Source of the DNA: a virus
Taxonomy: Duplodnaviria > Heunggongvirae > Uroviricota > Caudoviricetes
Reading direction: 5' to 3' (one strand)
Virus record (IMG/VR): IMGVR_UViG_3300012983_000002
Length of the DNA stretch: 64,000 nt
Shown here: piece by piece, positions 1-8,330 of the stretch
Layout: each line of letters starts with the position of its first letter
Numbering within the stretch: the first letter of the stretch is position 1
Program-made: the position numbers and the translations under genes
Notes under the pieces: generated by a model
What the model was told of the DNA's origin: nothing
What the model saw: only the letters and a program-made list of their open reading frames with translations
Database searches by the model: none

Positions 1-1658
1 TCTCTGAGGTCAGCGGGAACCGTCCAGTCAATCGTGACGTTGGTGAAGGGACTCTGGCCCCAACGACTGGGTACATTCAGGTTGTACACGAAACTACGAA
101 TTGCCTTCTTCACCTCGGTATAGGGAAGCTTATCTCGGAATACGTAAGGGGCCAGGAATGTATCAAAGGAGCTGAATGCCTGTGCACCGGCCCACTCTGA
201 CTGCAGGATTCCCAAAAAGTTGGCCATCTGTCCCAGAGCCTCACGGAAATGCTTGGGAGGACGACTGTTCACTCGACTACGCACACCATTGAAACCTTCA
301 GACAGGAGAGTACGAAGATTCCAACCGGCACAGTTGTGTACGAACACACCAGCCTCAAGGGCAAAGTTCTCGTGCTCGTCCACGGTCAAGCAATACACAT
401 CCTGAAGATCCTCAAGGTAACGCTTGGATACTACAGTGTGATTGTAGAACTCTCCCTTTTCGTTACGTTCGCGCTTAGAAGCAAACTCAGATACCGCATG
501 ACGCTTTTCTTCGCTTCGATTATACTCCTGCAATCTGGCATTATTAGCGCTCTTCCATACATCTGTAGTCATCGTTTCTGCTAATTCCATAGCCCTATGC
601 TCTCCGTCCACCATTACTTCCAGGTTTTCAGGACGATTATCGCATTTGTTGCCATTTATGTGATGTACTACGAGCCCTCGCATGTCGGTAATACCTTCCT
701 TCCAGGCACCAACGAGACGATGCAAGTACTCTGCGATACCTTTCTTAGCATCACGTACAAATACATACCCTGCCCCCTTCTTAGAGCTGTAAAACGGCAT
801 AAGAGACTCGCGAGAACGCAGGTCCTTAGCCTGACGGTAGGAGCCGTCACGCAGCATGAATTCGTGGTCAGGTGTGCATACGATCTTAGCTCCGCCGGAA
901 ATAGTAATTTCCATAAGCTCAGCATTCTTTTTAATCAATCGCGGATGGTGCGCATTTCCAGGGACAATATTTCCGTCCTTATCGCGAGAAATAACCCAGA
1001 AAGGTTTGCCTTCCCCGTACATATCTACAAGTTCTGTAAACGTGGGGTTCGTACCGTCGAGTAGAGCCACGCGAGTATCTCCAGTAAAACAGTAACCGGT
1101 GAGGCAGTCCAGGTCGTGAATGTGATAGTCGCCATTACGGTGAGCTGCACCCTCCTCAGGAGAATAGATCTTATCAAGCCAGTAGTTAGCTACAACCTTA
1201 CCAGCGGTGTTATTTACCAGGCCGGCATTAGAGTAGGTAGTATTAGCGTTGGCCTTGATACGCCAGTCAGAGAAACCGATATATTCTTCAGTAGTCTGAT
1301 TACAATCCACCAGAGTAGTACCCTCTACCTTATCGCGATTAATCTTATGCAGGAATCGATACTTGATGAAGTAACGGGCAGTCTTATGCAGACCCTTATC
1401 CATCAGCTTGTCCTCGATGATATCCTGGACGTCCTCTACGTGAAGTTTACCGTCGTTACGGGTCTTGAGCTCGCGTAGAACGCTCTTAAGAAGTTTTCCT
1501 GTAAATTCGTTAATATCTACATCCTCATATTCTCCTGTAGCACGCAGGGCATTATAGATAGCCATGCTAATCTTGCTTCGATCAAAACGATCCTCAGTAC
1601 CATTTCGCTTAACGATCGTCTCCGGCAATTTATTCTGTGCAAATGTATCTGTTGTCAT
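1..1658 (-). CDS. nrdD: Anaerobic (class III) ribonucleoside-triphosphate reductase with N-terminal ATP-cone, intein-containing; 3' end runs off the window
   Basis: Missing from the ORF track because it has no stop in the window. Manual translation from ATG 1658: MTTDTFAQNKLPETIVKRNGTEDRFDRSKI (ATP-cone) ... DWRIKANANTTYS ... HRNGDYHIHDLDCLTGY[intein]CAGWNLRTLLSEGFNG ... LQSEWAGAQAFSSFDTFLAPY ... SRWGQSPFTNVTIDW, all typical NrdD motifs. Confidence 0.95.
   Translation of the reverse strand, partial: MTTDTFAQNKLPETIVKRNGTEDRFDRSKISMAIYNALRATGEYEDVDINEFTGKLLKSVLRELKTRNDGKLHVEDVQDIIEDKLMDKGLHKTARYFIKYRFLHKINRDKVEGTTLVDCNQTTEEYIGFSDWRIKANANTTYSNAGLVNNTAGKVVANYWLDKIYSPEEGAAHRNGDYHIHDLDCLTGYCFTGDTRVALLDGTNPTFTELVDMYGEGKPFWVISRDKDGNIVPGNAHHPRLIKKNAELMEITISGGAKIVCTPDHEFMLRDGSYRQAKDLRSRESLMPFYSSKKGAGYVFVRDAKKGIAEYLHRLVGAWKEGITDMRGLVVHHINGNKCDNRPENLEVMVDGEHRAMELAETMTTDVWKSANNARLQEYNRSEEKRHAVSEFASKRERNEKGEFYNHTVVSKRYLEDLQDVYCLTVDEHENFALEAGVFVHNCAGWNLRTLLSEGFNGVRSRVNSRPPKHFREALGQMANFLGILQSEWAGAQAFSSFDTFLAPYVFRDKLPYTEVKKAIRSFVYNLNVPSRWGQSPFTNVTIDWTVPADLR
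333..1091 (-). mobile_element. Intein (253 aa) in NrdD with an HNH-type endonuclease domain
   Basis: In-frame insert starting CFTGDTRVAL (block A), with CTPDHEF (block B TxxH), VYCLTVDEHENF (block F) and ending GVFVHN/C. Internal LHRLV...VVHHINGNKCDNRPENLE is an HNH motif. Confidence 0.93.
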
Positions 1659-1728
1659 AAGTGCTGTTTATCTTATGGCAACTTAGATATATAGCGCAAG
1701 TGTCTTTTTATACGTTTATGTCACTATA

Positions 1729-1759
1729 TAAAGCAACCCGCTCTGTGTGAACGGGTTGT
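1729..1759 (-). terminator. Probable intrinsic terminator between the structural operon and nrdD
   Basis: Minus strand CAACCCGTTC-ACACA-GAGCGGGTTG followed by CTTTAT (short U tract). Confidence 0.55.
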
Positions 1760-1767
1760 ATTATGTG

Positions 1768-1869
1768 TCATAGTAAATTTAATTTATTACTTATCGTTTT
1801 GTTTATTAAATCTAAACTTGCTTTTAACTCATCATACTCTTCTATTGAAAAGTATCCATATACGCTCAT
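1768..1869 (-). CDS. Small hypothetical protein, 33 aa (MSVYGYFSIEEYDELKASLDLINKTISNKLNLL)
   Basis: ATG overlaps the TGA of the upstream gene (ATGA); it fills the gap up to the terminator. Below the ORF-track length cut-off. Confidence 0.5.
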   Translation of the reverse strand: MSVYGYFSIEEYDELKASLDLINKTISNKLNLL

Positions 1870-2375
1870 CTAAAAGAATGTGGTATACTTCGCTGAGATT
1901 TATGGTGAATTGAAAAATCCGGTCTGGATATAATGTACTTAATGAGTTTACCATTTGCACTTATCTGAACCTCCGTGTCTCCAGCTGGTAAAATAAACTT
2001 AGGAATATTAAGAATCCAGTATACCTTACCCTCTATGGGAGATTCTGTGATAGGTACAGGCCACCCATTGATTATAATATCAGGTATTACAGCTCCGGGC
2101 GGCAGTGCAGTTACCTCCTCGTCCAGATAATCAGCAAACTTACTAACTTCGTCTATAACCTCCTGAGGATATCTCTTATCAATGAAATACTGAGCATCCT
2201 TAATAAAGCCCCACTTCCACCCAGGTATACCTAATGAATAATAAACCTTTGTCCCAGGTTTACCTACATACACACAAAGTTTAACTGAACCGTCCTCGTT
2301 AGTTAAAAGCTGACTCTTCCAGTTCTTGGCTGCTGGTGCCATAAAGCCTGGCAAAGCATAAACACCGTTATTCAT
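1866..2375 (-). CDS. Hypothetical protein at the end of the baseplate operon
   Basis: 169-aa ORF tightly packed with its neighbours; no recognised motif. Confidence 0.7.
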   Translation of the reverse strand: MNNGVYALPGFMAPAAKNWKSQLLTNEDGSVKLCVYVGKPGTKVYYSLGIPGWKWGFIKDAQYFIDKRYPQEVIDEVSKFADYLDEEVTALPPGAVIPDIIINGWPVPITESPIEGKVYWILNIPKFILPAGDTEVQISANGKLIKYIISRPDFSIHHKSQRSIPHSFR

Positions 2376-2377
2376 AA

Positions 2378-2794
2378 TTAAGCTAGGTAGGTTTCAGATT
2401 CTTTCAGTGTAAGGGATGCCTTGTACTCATGCACGAGTGTAGACGTATCTCTCTTTATAACGCTCCACACTCTTTCCATTTCTACCAGATTGTGACAATC
2501 CAGCTCCACGCTATTAGTTCTGTAGAATGGTACGTAATTCTCTGTAAGATCTCCATCAACAGGAGTCGGAGCACCTACAGGTAGAGATTCCATGTCCTGA
2601 AGGGAGGCTACATTGCTAAACTCATCTCCCTGGATAGGATCATTGGGATCTGCGGCATGATACACAAAGATATTAGCGTCCAATCCTGGTACTGTGGACT
2701 CTGCCGTAACACGAATAGGCCAATTTTTATAACATACTGCGTTCGTGTTAACAGTAGTAGCCTCTCTGATTAATTTGATAGTTGGTTTTTCCAT
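2378..2794 (-). CDS. Hypothetical protein, probably virion-associated
   Basis: ORF in the baseplate operon; the ATG at 2794 (MEKPT), directly after the upstream stop, is preferred to 2806. Confidence 0.7.
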   Translation of the reverse strand: MEKPTIKLIREATTVNTNAVCYKNWPIRVTAESTVPGLDANIFVYHAADPNDPIQGDEFSNVASLQDMESLPVGAPTPVDGDLTENYVPFYRTNSVELDCHNLVEMERVWSVIKRDTSTLVHEYKASLTLKESETYLA

Positions 2795-2795
2795 A

Positions 2796-4094
2796 TTAGA
2801 AATCACGTACCATGTTTTCTTTTAATAACACCACACCTATAGGTAGTTCTCGCTCGATAAAGCGTTCTAGACGCATCTGCATATCACTGTACATTCTGCT
2901 ATTATTAATGCGCAGTATGACGCATCTTCTAGGGGCCATAGTGTTACGTACATAGTCTATGGCGTTAGTAGAACCTTCGGTACTGACAGGAAGCTCTCCT
3001 CCGTTCTGTGCTTTAACAAACTCCAGATACTTAGCCTTAGCAGAAGCGGATCCTTCGAACGCAGGAGAGAATACTCCTCCAGATGAAATAGATATAGTTG
3101 AATTTGGAGCACTTAGACCGGATACAGGTAACAAGTAATCCAGACTGACACTACCCAAACCAGAAGGAAGACTTTCCCCAGGTAGTACTATATCGAATAA
3201 TTCATTACCTCCTATTACCGTGTTTCTGGTAATAACGTCTCCATTACTATAAGGTGTGTGATTGTATGGAGCATCCAGTTTTCCTATGGTGGTGATATAA
3301 GCGTAACCCTTGTGAAGAGGCTCTACAGAAGTCACTACGCAGTCTTCTGGTACGACGCACATACCTATAGCCTGTGCGGCCGCGTAATAAAATGTTTTAG
3401 GAGACTGCGCTACTCGATAATACTCCATAATTCTATCAATAGGTCCATACACTTCATCTACACCCAGTACAAACGATAGAATGTTTCTGCGTCTTCTAGT
3501 TATGGATGCTGCTAGAAATTTACCTTTAGGGAATAAGACGTACGGATTAGTTTTGAATAGAATAACGCCGAAGTGTGCTTCGAAATCTATACCATTAAGT
3601 AATAGGGAACCATCCTCAGTATTTATAGACGATACGAATATATCCTTATCAATATACAGTCCATACTGTAAAGAATCTCTAGAAGCTACAGGCATGCCAG
3701 AAGAACTCTCATCGCCTGACAGATAAGGGAAAGACAAAATTGACTTTAACCTAGCTTCCCTGTCCAGTTCAGTGAGAATTCTATTATCCTGGTTAGCAAG
3801 TGCTACGTGACTTTTGATTGTCAGCTCGTTCTTAACAGGACGTTCTTGAAGTGCTTCCTTTACTCCGAAGTAGTCTATGTCTTTATCAGAGAATTGTATG
3901 ACAATGCCAAAATCGTTGAAATAACCTCCAGACAGAGTAAGTTCTCCAGCAGCTTTCAATTGTTCAAAAACCCTACAATTAGAATATAACTGAGTGAGTT
4001 TCCGAGCAATAGTCATACCGTCAGCAGACAGGTTCTTATAATAAAAAGAACCAGCCCTAGATAACATCGAAGCTACTTCTTGAACGCTCTCCAT
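2796..4094 (-). CDS. Putative baseplate wedge subunit
   Basis: Follows the J-like gene; C-terminal RLERFIERELPIGVVL resembles the wedge-protein (P2 gpI/T4 gp7-like) terminal motif. Confidence 0.55.
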   Translation of the reverse strand: MESVQEVASMLSRAGSFYYKNLSADGMTIARKLTQLYSNCRVFEQLKAAGELTLSGGYFNDFGIVIQFSDKDIDYFGVKEALQERPVKNELTIKSHVALANQDNRILTELDREARLKSILSFPYLSGDESSSGMPVASRDSLQYGLYIDKDIFVSSINTEDGSLLLNGIDFEAHFGVILFKTNPYVLFPKGKFLAASITRRRRNILSFVLGVDEVYGPIDRIMEYYRVAQSPKTFYYAAAQAIGMCVVPEDCVVTSVEPLHKGYAYITTIGKLDAPYNHTPYSNGDVITRNTVIGGNELFDIVLPGESLPSGLGSVSLDYLLPVSGLSAPNSTISISSGGVFSPAFEGSASAKAKYLEFVKAQNGGELPVSTEGSTNAIDYVRNTMAPRRCVILRINNSRMYSDMQMRLERFIERELPIGVVLLKENMVRDF

Positions 4095-4099
4095 ACGAA

Positions 4100-5806
4100 T
4101 TACATTTCTTTAACCTCTGTGAAGCTTATCGCGGTATCAAGCATGTAGTAACGCGTATTTCTGATACTACAAGCATACATAGAAGATGCGTCAGTAGAAC
4201 TAGAACCAGGGTACTTTACGCGAAGTCCTTGAGAGGTTGTTATTGTGGTGTTCTTTTTAGTGGGTACGGCATCTTCTTTTTGGTCAGATCCTAACGGTGT
4301 GATATAGTCACCTAAAGACCACTGAACTGTAGCATACACGTCGATACCTGCCATGTACTTCACACCAGCTTCTCCCATAATTCTAGCGATCTCAGAATCT
4401 GCGTAAGCATTAGGAGCTCCAAGACCGTCCATATAACTACGAATATCTTTCTCGGCAGTTTCCAGATCAGGTACTACACCACTCTTACGTACATACCTTA
4501 CATTGAACTTATTGATGATAACAGGAATGAATCCCCTGGCAAGAAGGCTAACGTTTACTGGTGTGTAATCTGAATTGTATAACGTAGCAGCTATATCTTT
4601 TAAGAGAGGATCTGTGTGATAGTTTACAGTAAATAAAGCATACTGCTCACCTTCCGGAGTAGTCTGAATACTAAATACGGATGTATCGTTAACCTTCTGA
4701 TTAGGAATAGTTATGTACAGTTTTTCGTACTCCGTGTAAGCTCCTCTAGCTCCCAACCCCTTTGTGTTTACAGCAGTAATAGTATGTTCTATGTTATTAG
4801 CATACGAAATTCCGCCGGTAGCCTGGGGTTGCGTTATGCTATCTATATAATAAGGCTGTCCTGTATAATTAAATTCTCCCTCAAACTCGTCCTTATCGGG
4901 ATTATATGTCAGGCGTACAACTTGCTCCTCTTCAAACGCATAGCTCTTAGATCTGACATACACATCCATGCAACCTTCAGCAACGCCCAAATTATTAAAT
5001 CCTCTGAGCATTTCCATGTCTCCGTCGCGAATAGCATACGTACTCTCTACGAAAGGACAATTGGCTTCAATATAACGAATAGCACCGTTACGAGTGTTAA
5101 GTGAAGCGGAATACACTGTATGTCTTGCACGCTCAGCTAGTTCTGCTGTAGAGTTGGTGGAAGATCCCTTATTAAAATCTATCAGTGCGTGAGCTGCACC
5201 GAGGTTCTTCAGTACAACATTGATGGCAACTTCTGTACCTGCCACAATATCAACATCAGATTCTATATTGCTAACCACAGGGATGTCAGCGAAATAAGAA
5301 TCAGAGCCGCTATCTATAAGCACTGTACCGTTTTTACCAACTTCTAACGGAGTACCTACAGGATTTATGTAATATTTACCGTTATTAGGTAAATAAATAG
5401 AGAATATAGCATCGTTAATTTTGAACTGAGTACCTCTATCCAATGTATAAGCTTCGTCTTTGGAGAATACTAAACGCACTACCCCGCTGGCACGAAGCTC
5501 ATAAGAATCGACTACTGCAAAATTTTTTAAATACTCATTAACGAAATCGCAGTTATAGATATTATTTTTAGCAACATTACCCAAGTCCAGGTCAGATAAA
5601 AATCTATCCATACCGCGTTCCAACGCAGCGATTTGAAATGCTTGCGGCGTTACTACCAGGTCACCTACAACTGTATTTGGAGCTGTATCTATATCAGCAA
5701 ACATTGTACGAAAGTAAGTTGCCAGTCTTTCACGACAATTGGCAACTTCCTCCGGAGTAAGTTCCACGAAAGCTGGAACATATGTTGAAATAAAATCTGT
5801 AGCCAC
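4100..5806 (-). CDS. Baseplate J-like wedge protein (T4 gp6/P2 gpJ-like)
   Basis: N-terminal DTAPNTVVGDLVV, RASGVVRLVFS..YTLDRGTQF and GSSTNSTAELAERAR match Baseplate_J architecture; follows a gp25-like gene. GTG start. Confidence 0.75.
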   Translation of the reverse strand: MATDFISTYVPAFVELTPEEVANCRERLATYFRTMFADIDTAPNTVVGDLVVTPQAFQIAALERGMDRFLSDLDLGNVAKNNIYNCDFVNEYLKNFAVVDSYELRASGVVRLVFSKDEAYTLDRGTQFKINDAIFSIYLPNNGKYYINPVGTPLEVGKNGTVLIDSGSDSYFADIPVVSNIESDVDIVAGTEVAINVVLKNLGAAHALIDFNKGSSTNSTAELAERARHTVYSASLNTRNGAIRYIEANCPFVESTYAIRDGDMEMLRGFNNLGVAEGCMDVYVRSKSYAFEEEQVVRLTYNPDKDEFEGEFNYTGQPYYIDSITQPQATGGISYANNIEHTITAVNTKGLGARGAYTEYEKLYITIPNQKVNDTSVFSIQTTPEGEQYALFTVNYHTDPLLKDIAATLYNSDYTPVNVSLLARGFIPVIINKFNVRYVRKSGVVPDLETAEKDIRSYMDGLGAPNAYADSEIARIMGEAGVKYMAGIDVYATVQWSLGDYITPLGSDQKEDAVPTKKNTTITTSQGLRVKYPGSSSTDASSMYACSIRNTRYYMLDTAISFTEVKEM

Positions 5807-5815
5807 GTTTTTATT

Positions 5816-6232
5816 TTAACTTAATGTAGGCAGATCAGCAACGACTTCGGTGGTCGTTTCGTCCTTATAGACTATCTGCACAGACATGTTCAGAGCATGG
5901 TCTTTACTGTTATACGAAATACCATCAACGTTAATATCACGTAGTGTATAGTTCTCTTCCGCGATATCCTCAGGATCAGTACTGCGTATAAAGTATATGG
6001 TATCTAGAGCTGCGAAATTTCCTATGTGTACCGTACCTGTCCTACTGTACACTTTACCGTTTATAGACTCGGCTAACATTTTAGTACCGCGGCTAGGAAA
6101 GATCTTATCAGACCCATTCTCAGTAACCATATTTACGAGTACTTTCTGCTCGTATAAATTCTTATCCTCTACTAGGTAATTGAGATCAATAGTAGAAGCA
6201 TCTCCATCAAATATAATCTTTATATCTCTCAT
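5816..6232 (-). CDS. Putative gp25-like baseplate/sheath initiator
   Basis: QKVLVNMVTENGSDKIFPSRGT resembles the gp25 L.T..GE....P.YG motif; size and position fit. Start taken at the ATGA overlap (6232). Confidence 0.6.
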   Translation of the reverse strand: MRDIKIIFDGDASTIDLNYLVEDKNLYEQKVLVNMVTENGSDKIFPSRGTKMLAESINGKVYSRTGTVHIGNFAALDTIYFIRSTDPEDIAEENYTLRDINVDGISYNSKDHALNMSVQIVYKDETTTEVVADLPTLS

Positions 6233-6558
6233 CGCTCCATCCAATCTAAACCTTCAAATCTTCCCCACGCGGCTCTTGCCTTACCGTTAAGTCCGGCAGT
6301 TCGCATATACTTACGGCCTCTCGTTGCGTACACAGCATCTCTGTAGTTGGCTGTAGTAAATATAGCCTTACAGATATCGCCTACTTTGTCTGAATTCTTA
6401 GCTTTCTCTTTTGCACTTTTATAAGCACTCTCTATCTCCTTCAAGTCTTCTTTTTTATAAATAGTAGGCTTGATGTGAGGAATTGTACCTGAGGCTATAG
6501 CTGTTACCTCCTTAAGTACAGCTTCTTGCTTCGCGCTTTTATCTGACAAAATACTCAT
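6229..6558 (-). CDS. Hypothetical protein
   Basis: 109-aa basic ORF overlapping the genes on both sides. Confidence 0.7.
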   Translation of the reverse strand: MSILSDKSAKQEAVLKEVTAIASGTIPHIKPTIYKKEDLKEIESAYKSAKEKAKNSDKVGDICKAIFTTANYRDAVYATRGRKYMRTAGLNGKARAAWGRFEGLDWMER

Positions 6559-7385
6559 ACTGAGGATAACCCATCTACTATCTCATTTATCCGCATGGAC
6601 AATCTTGCCTTACGCCTGGATAACTGTACAGGAGTCAGCTTCAGCTTTTGCATGATCTGCTTAGTATCCAGTGGTGTAGCACCTCCGTACCCTACCGTAT
6701 ACTCTAGAATCTTTTTGTCGTTCCTGTCAGACTCTGCATAAACATAATCCAAAGCATCTTGAGTATAATCTGAATTCTCCACAGACAGCAGTGATGACCC
6801 ATCTTCACTTTCTGTACCTGCATCCGTCACTATAGGACGCATCTTAGTGCGAACATCTTTAATACGCTTAACTGATAGGTGTGATATATCAGCAAGCTCT
6901 TCTACAGTAGGTTCACGTCCATGTTCATCCTCGAATTCTTTTTCTGCACGATATAGTGCATAACCGTCCATCTGTACGCCATCAGGAACGTGTACCATGT
7001 TATTACTCTTTCGTATATCTCGAGTAAGCTGACGAAGTTGCTGCGATACCCAGGTAGGTAGCGTTGCTCCTACGGACGGGTCATACGCCTGGACAGCCTT
7101 GGCTGCAATTACACGTGCCTTTGCGGCAATTTGAGGATTCCCTGTACCTCCCAGTGACGCCACTACAGAATCAATAGTAGGACGTAAAGACTTAGTAACT
7201 TCGTACAAAGAGTCTGCATCTTTATACAGCTGCCACTTCTCGTACGGAGACAATGAACTTACATCATTATCCTCGGGTGTTGTAATATCTTCTAACGGTT
7301 CAGGTGCTTCAATACCTACTACGTCAGATATTGACAGTAGAGGCTCTACTACTTCCTCCGTGGGGTATGATTTTACGTCGCTCAT
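6555..7385 (-). CDS. Phage sigma70-family transcription factor
   Basis: AVQAYDPSVGATLPTWVSQQLRQLTRDIRKSNNMVHVP (regions 2.3/2.4), EFEDEHGREPTVEELAD (region 3) and a C-terminal HTH DTKQIMQKLKLTPVQLSRRKAR (region 4-like). Confidence 0.85.
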   Translation of the reverse strand: MSDVKSYPTEEVVEPLLSISDVVGIEAPEPLEDITTPEDNDVSSLSPYEKWQLYKDADSLYEVTKSLRPTIDSVVASLGGTGNPQIAAKARVIAAKAVQAYDPSVGATLPTWVSQQLRQLTRDIRKSNNMVHVPDGVQMDGYALYRAEKEFEDEHGREPTVEELADISHLSVKRIKDVRTKMRPIVTDAGTESEDGSSLLSVENSDYTQDALDYVYAESDRNDKKILEYTVGYGGATPLDTKQIMQKLKLTPVQLSRRKARLSMRINEIVDGLSSV

Positions 7386-7536
7386 GCTCTTCTCGATTTC
7401 TATTACTTACCAGGACAGAATATTTTCGCAGCACACGCTGGCGTCCACCACAACAGGAGGACGTTTTATTTAATTCAGCTCTAGCCTGACGCATTAAATC
7501 AGGATACCTATCTAACCCTGGGATATCACTTGGCAC
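7324..7536 (-). CDS. Small basic protein with a CCGG motif
   Basis: 70-aa ORF bridging the 7526-7903 gene and the sigma gene; it overlaps the sigma ORF start by 62 nt. Confidence 0.55.
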   Translation of the reverse strand: MPSDIPGLDRYPDLMRQARAELNKTSSCCGGRQRVLRKYSVLVSNRNREEHERRKIIPHGGSSRASTVNI

Positions 7537-7903
7537 TTTTTGAGTTCTTAATAGCTAATTTTACGCGATCTGCGAACATTCTCATTATAGCGCCTTTTTC
7601 GCAGTCAGTACAGGTACCATCTGGGCCTTTGTGTGCTTTTTCAAGTGCTTCCTTATACTCAGCACGCAGTTCTTCGCAGCCCCCAAACCAGCACGGGATT
7701 TGCAGTGTATAAAATCTATTAAGTTCGGCCTCCTCAGGAGGTACACTCTTAATAATAATCCTATTACTAAATACGGGCTGTCCGTGACTATCTATCAGCT
7801 GAACACCATCTTTGTCCAGTACAGGCTCTTTAACAATATCATACCCTATACCGCGTGATGTTAAGTTAGCAATAGTCTTTCCTAAAGATGTATTATTTTG
7901 CAT
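7526..7903 (-). CDS. Hypothetical Cys-motif protein
   Basis: 125 aa; CWFGGC and CTDC motifs. Confidence 0.7.
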   Translation of the reverse strand: MQNNTSLGKTIANLTSRGIGYDIVKEPVLDKDGVQLIDSHGQPVFSNRIIIKSVPPEEAELNRFYTLQIPCWFGGCEELRAEYKEALEKAHKGPDGTCTDCEKGAIMRMFADRVKLAIKNSKSAK

Positions 7904-8282
7904 GTTTGATCAGAATGTTAATAATAATAGGTTCTATTAAAGCACCAAGTACAGCTGTAAATGGAGACACACCAAATATAACAGAATACACCAATGTGCA
8001 CCAGAACGCCACATGGAACGATAGACAGTACTGACACGATAACAAATCTGCCAAAAGATAATGAGGCCTGTCCTCTGACTTCCAGGATATGGCATCCAGG
8101 AAATCTTCTCTGGTAGTAGTACTAGGAGCTATATCATCCCAAAACTTCGAGCTTTTTTTATAACCAAGTGGTTTCAGGATAAAATTAAAAAACAGCACAG
8201 GAAACTCTGTAAGCGTCCATGCCATTACTAAAGATGCGGCCGTTAGCGTAGCCAATACAATACATAGTATATAAGATTGCAT
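7893..8282 (-). CDS. Membrane protein with CxxC, DUF1360-like
   Basis: Hydrophobic N- and C-terminal segments; LADLLSCQYCLSFHVAFW resembles the LL.C.WC.S.W motif of DUF1360. Confidence 0.6.
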   Translation of the reverse strand: MQSYILCIVLATLTAASLVMAWTLTEFPVLFFNFILKPLGYKKSSKFWDDIAPSTTTREDFLDAISWKSEDRPHYLLADLLSCQYCLSFHVAFWCTLVYSVIFGVSPFTAVLGALIEPIIINILIKHAK

Positions 8283-8317
8283 GGATGTGTTTTAACGCAC
8301 ACCCATGCAACTATCAA
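8277..8317 (-). promoter_or_regulatory. sigma70-like promoter for a leaderless transcript, inside an inverted repeat covering the start codon
   Basis: TTGATA-17nt-TAAAAC-6nt-ATG; inverted repeat TTGCATGGGTGTG/CACATCCATGCAA (13 bp, one G-U) at 8277-8310. Confidence 0.6.
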
Positions 8318-8330
8318 GCAAATTAATTAA

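Noticed and set aside
333-1091. Group I intron in nrdD
   Set aside because: The insert is in frame, has no stops and carries intein blocks A, B, F and G.
220-1478. Plus-strand ORFs listed over the first 1.5 kb
   Set aside because: They are antisense shadows of nrdD, which is continuous on the minus strand and was missed by the track only because it lacks a stop in the window.
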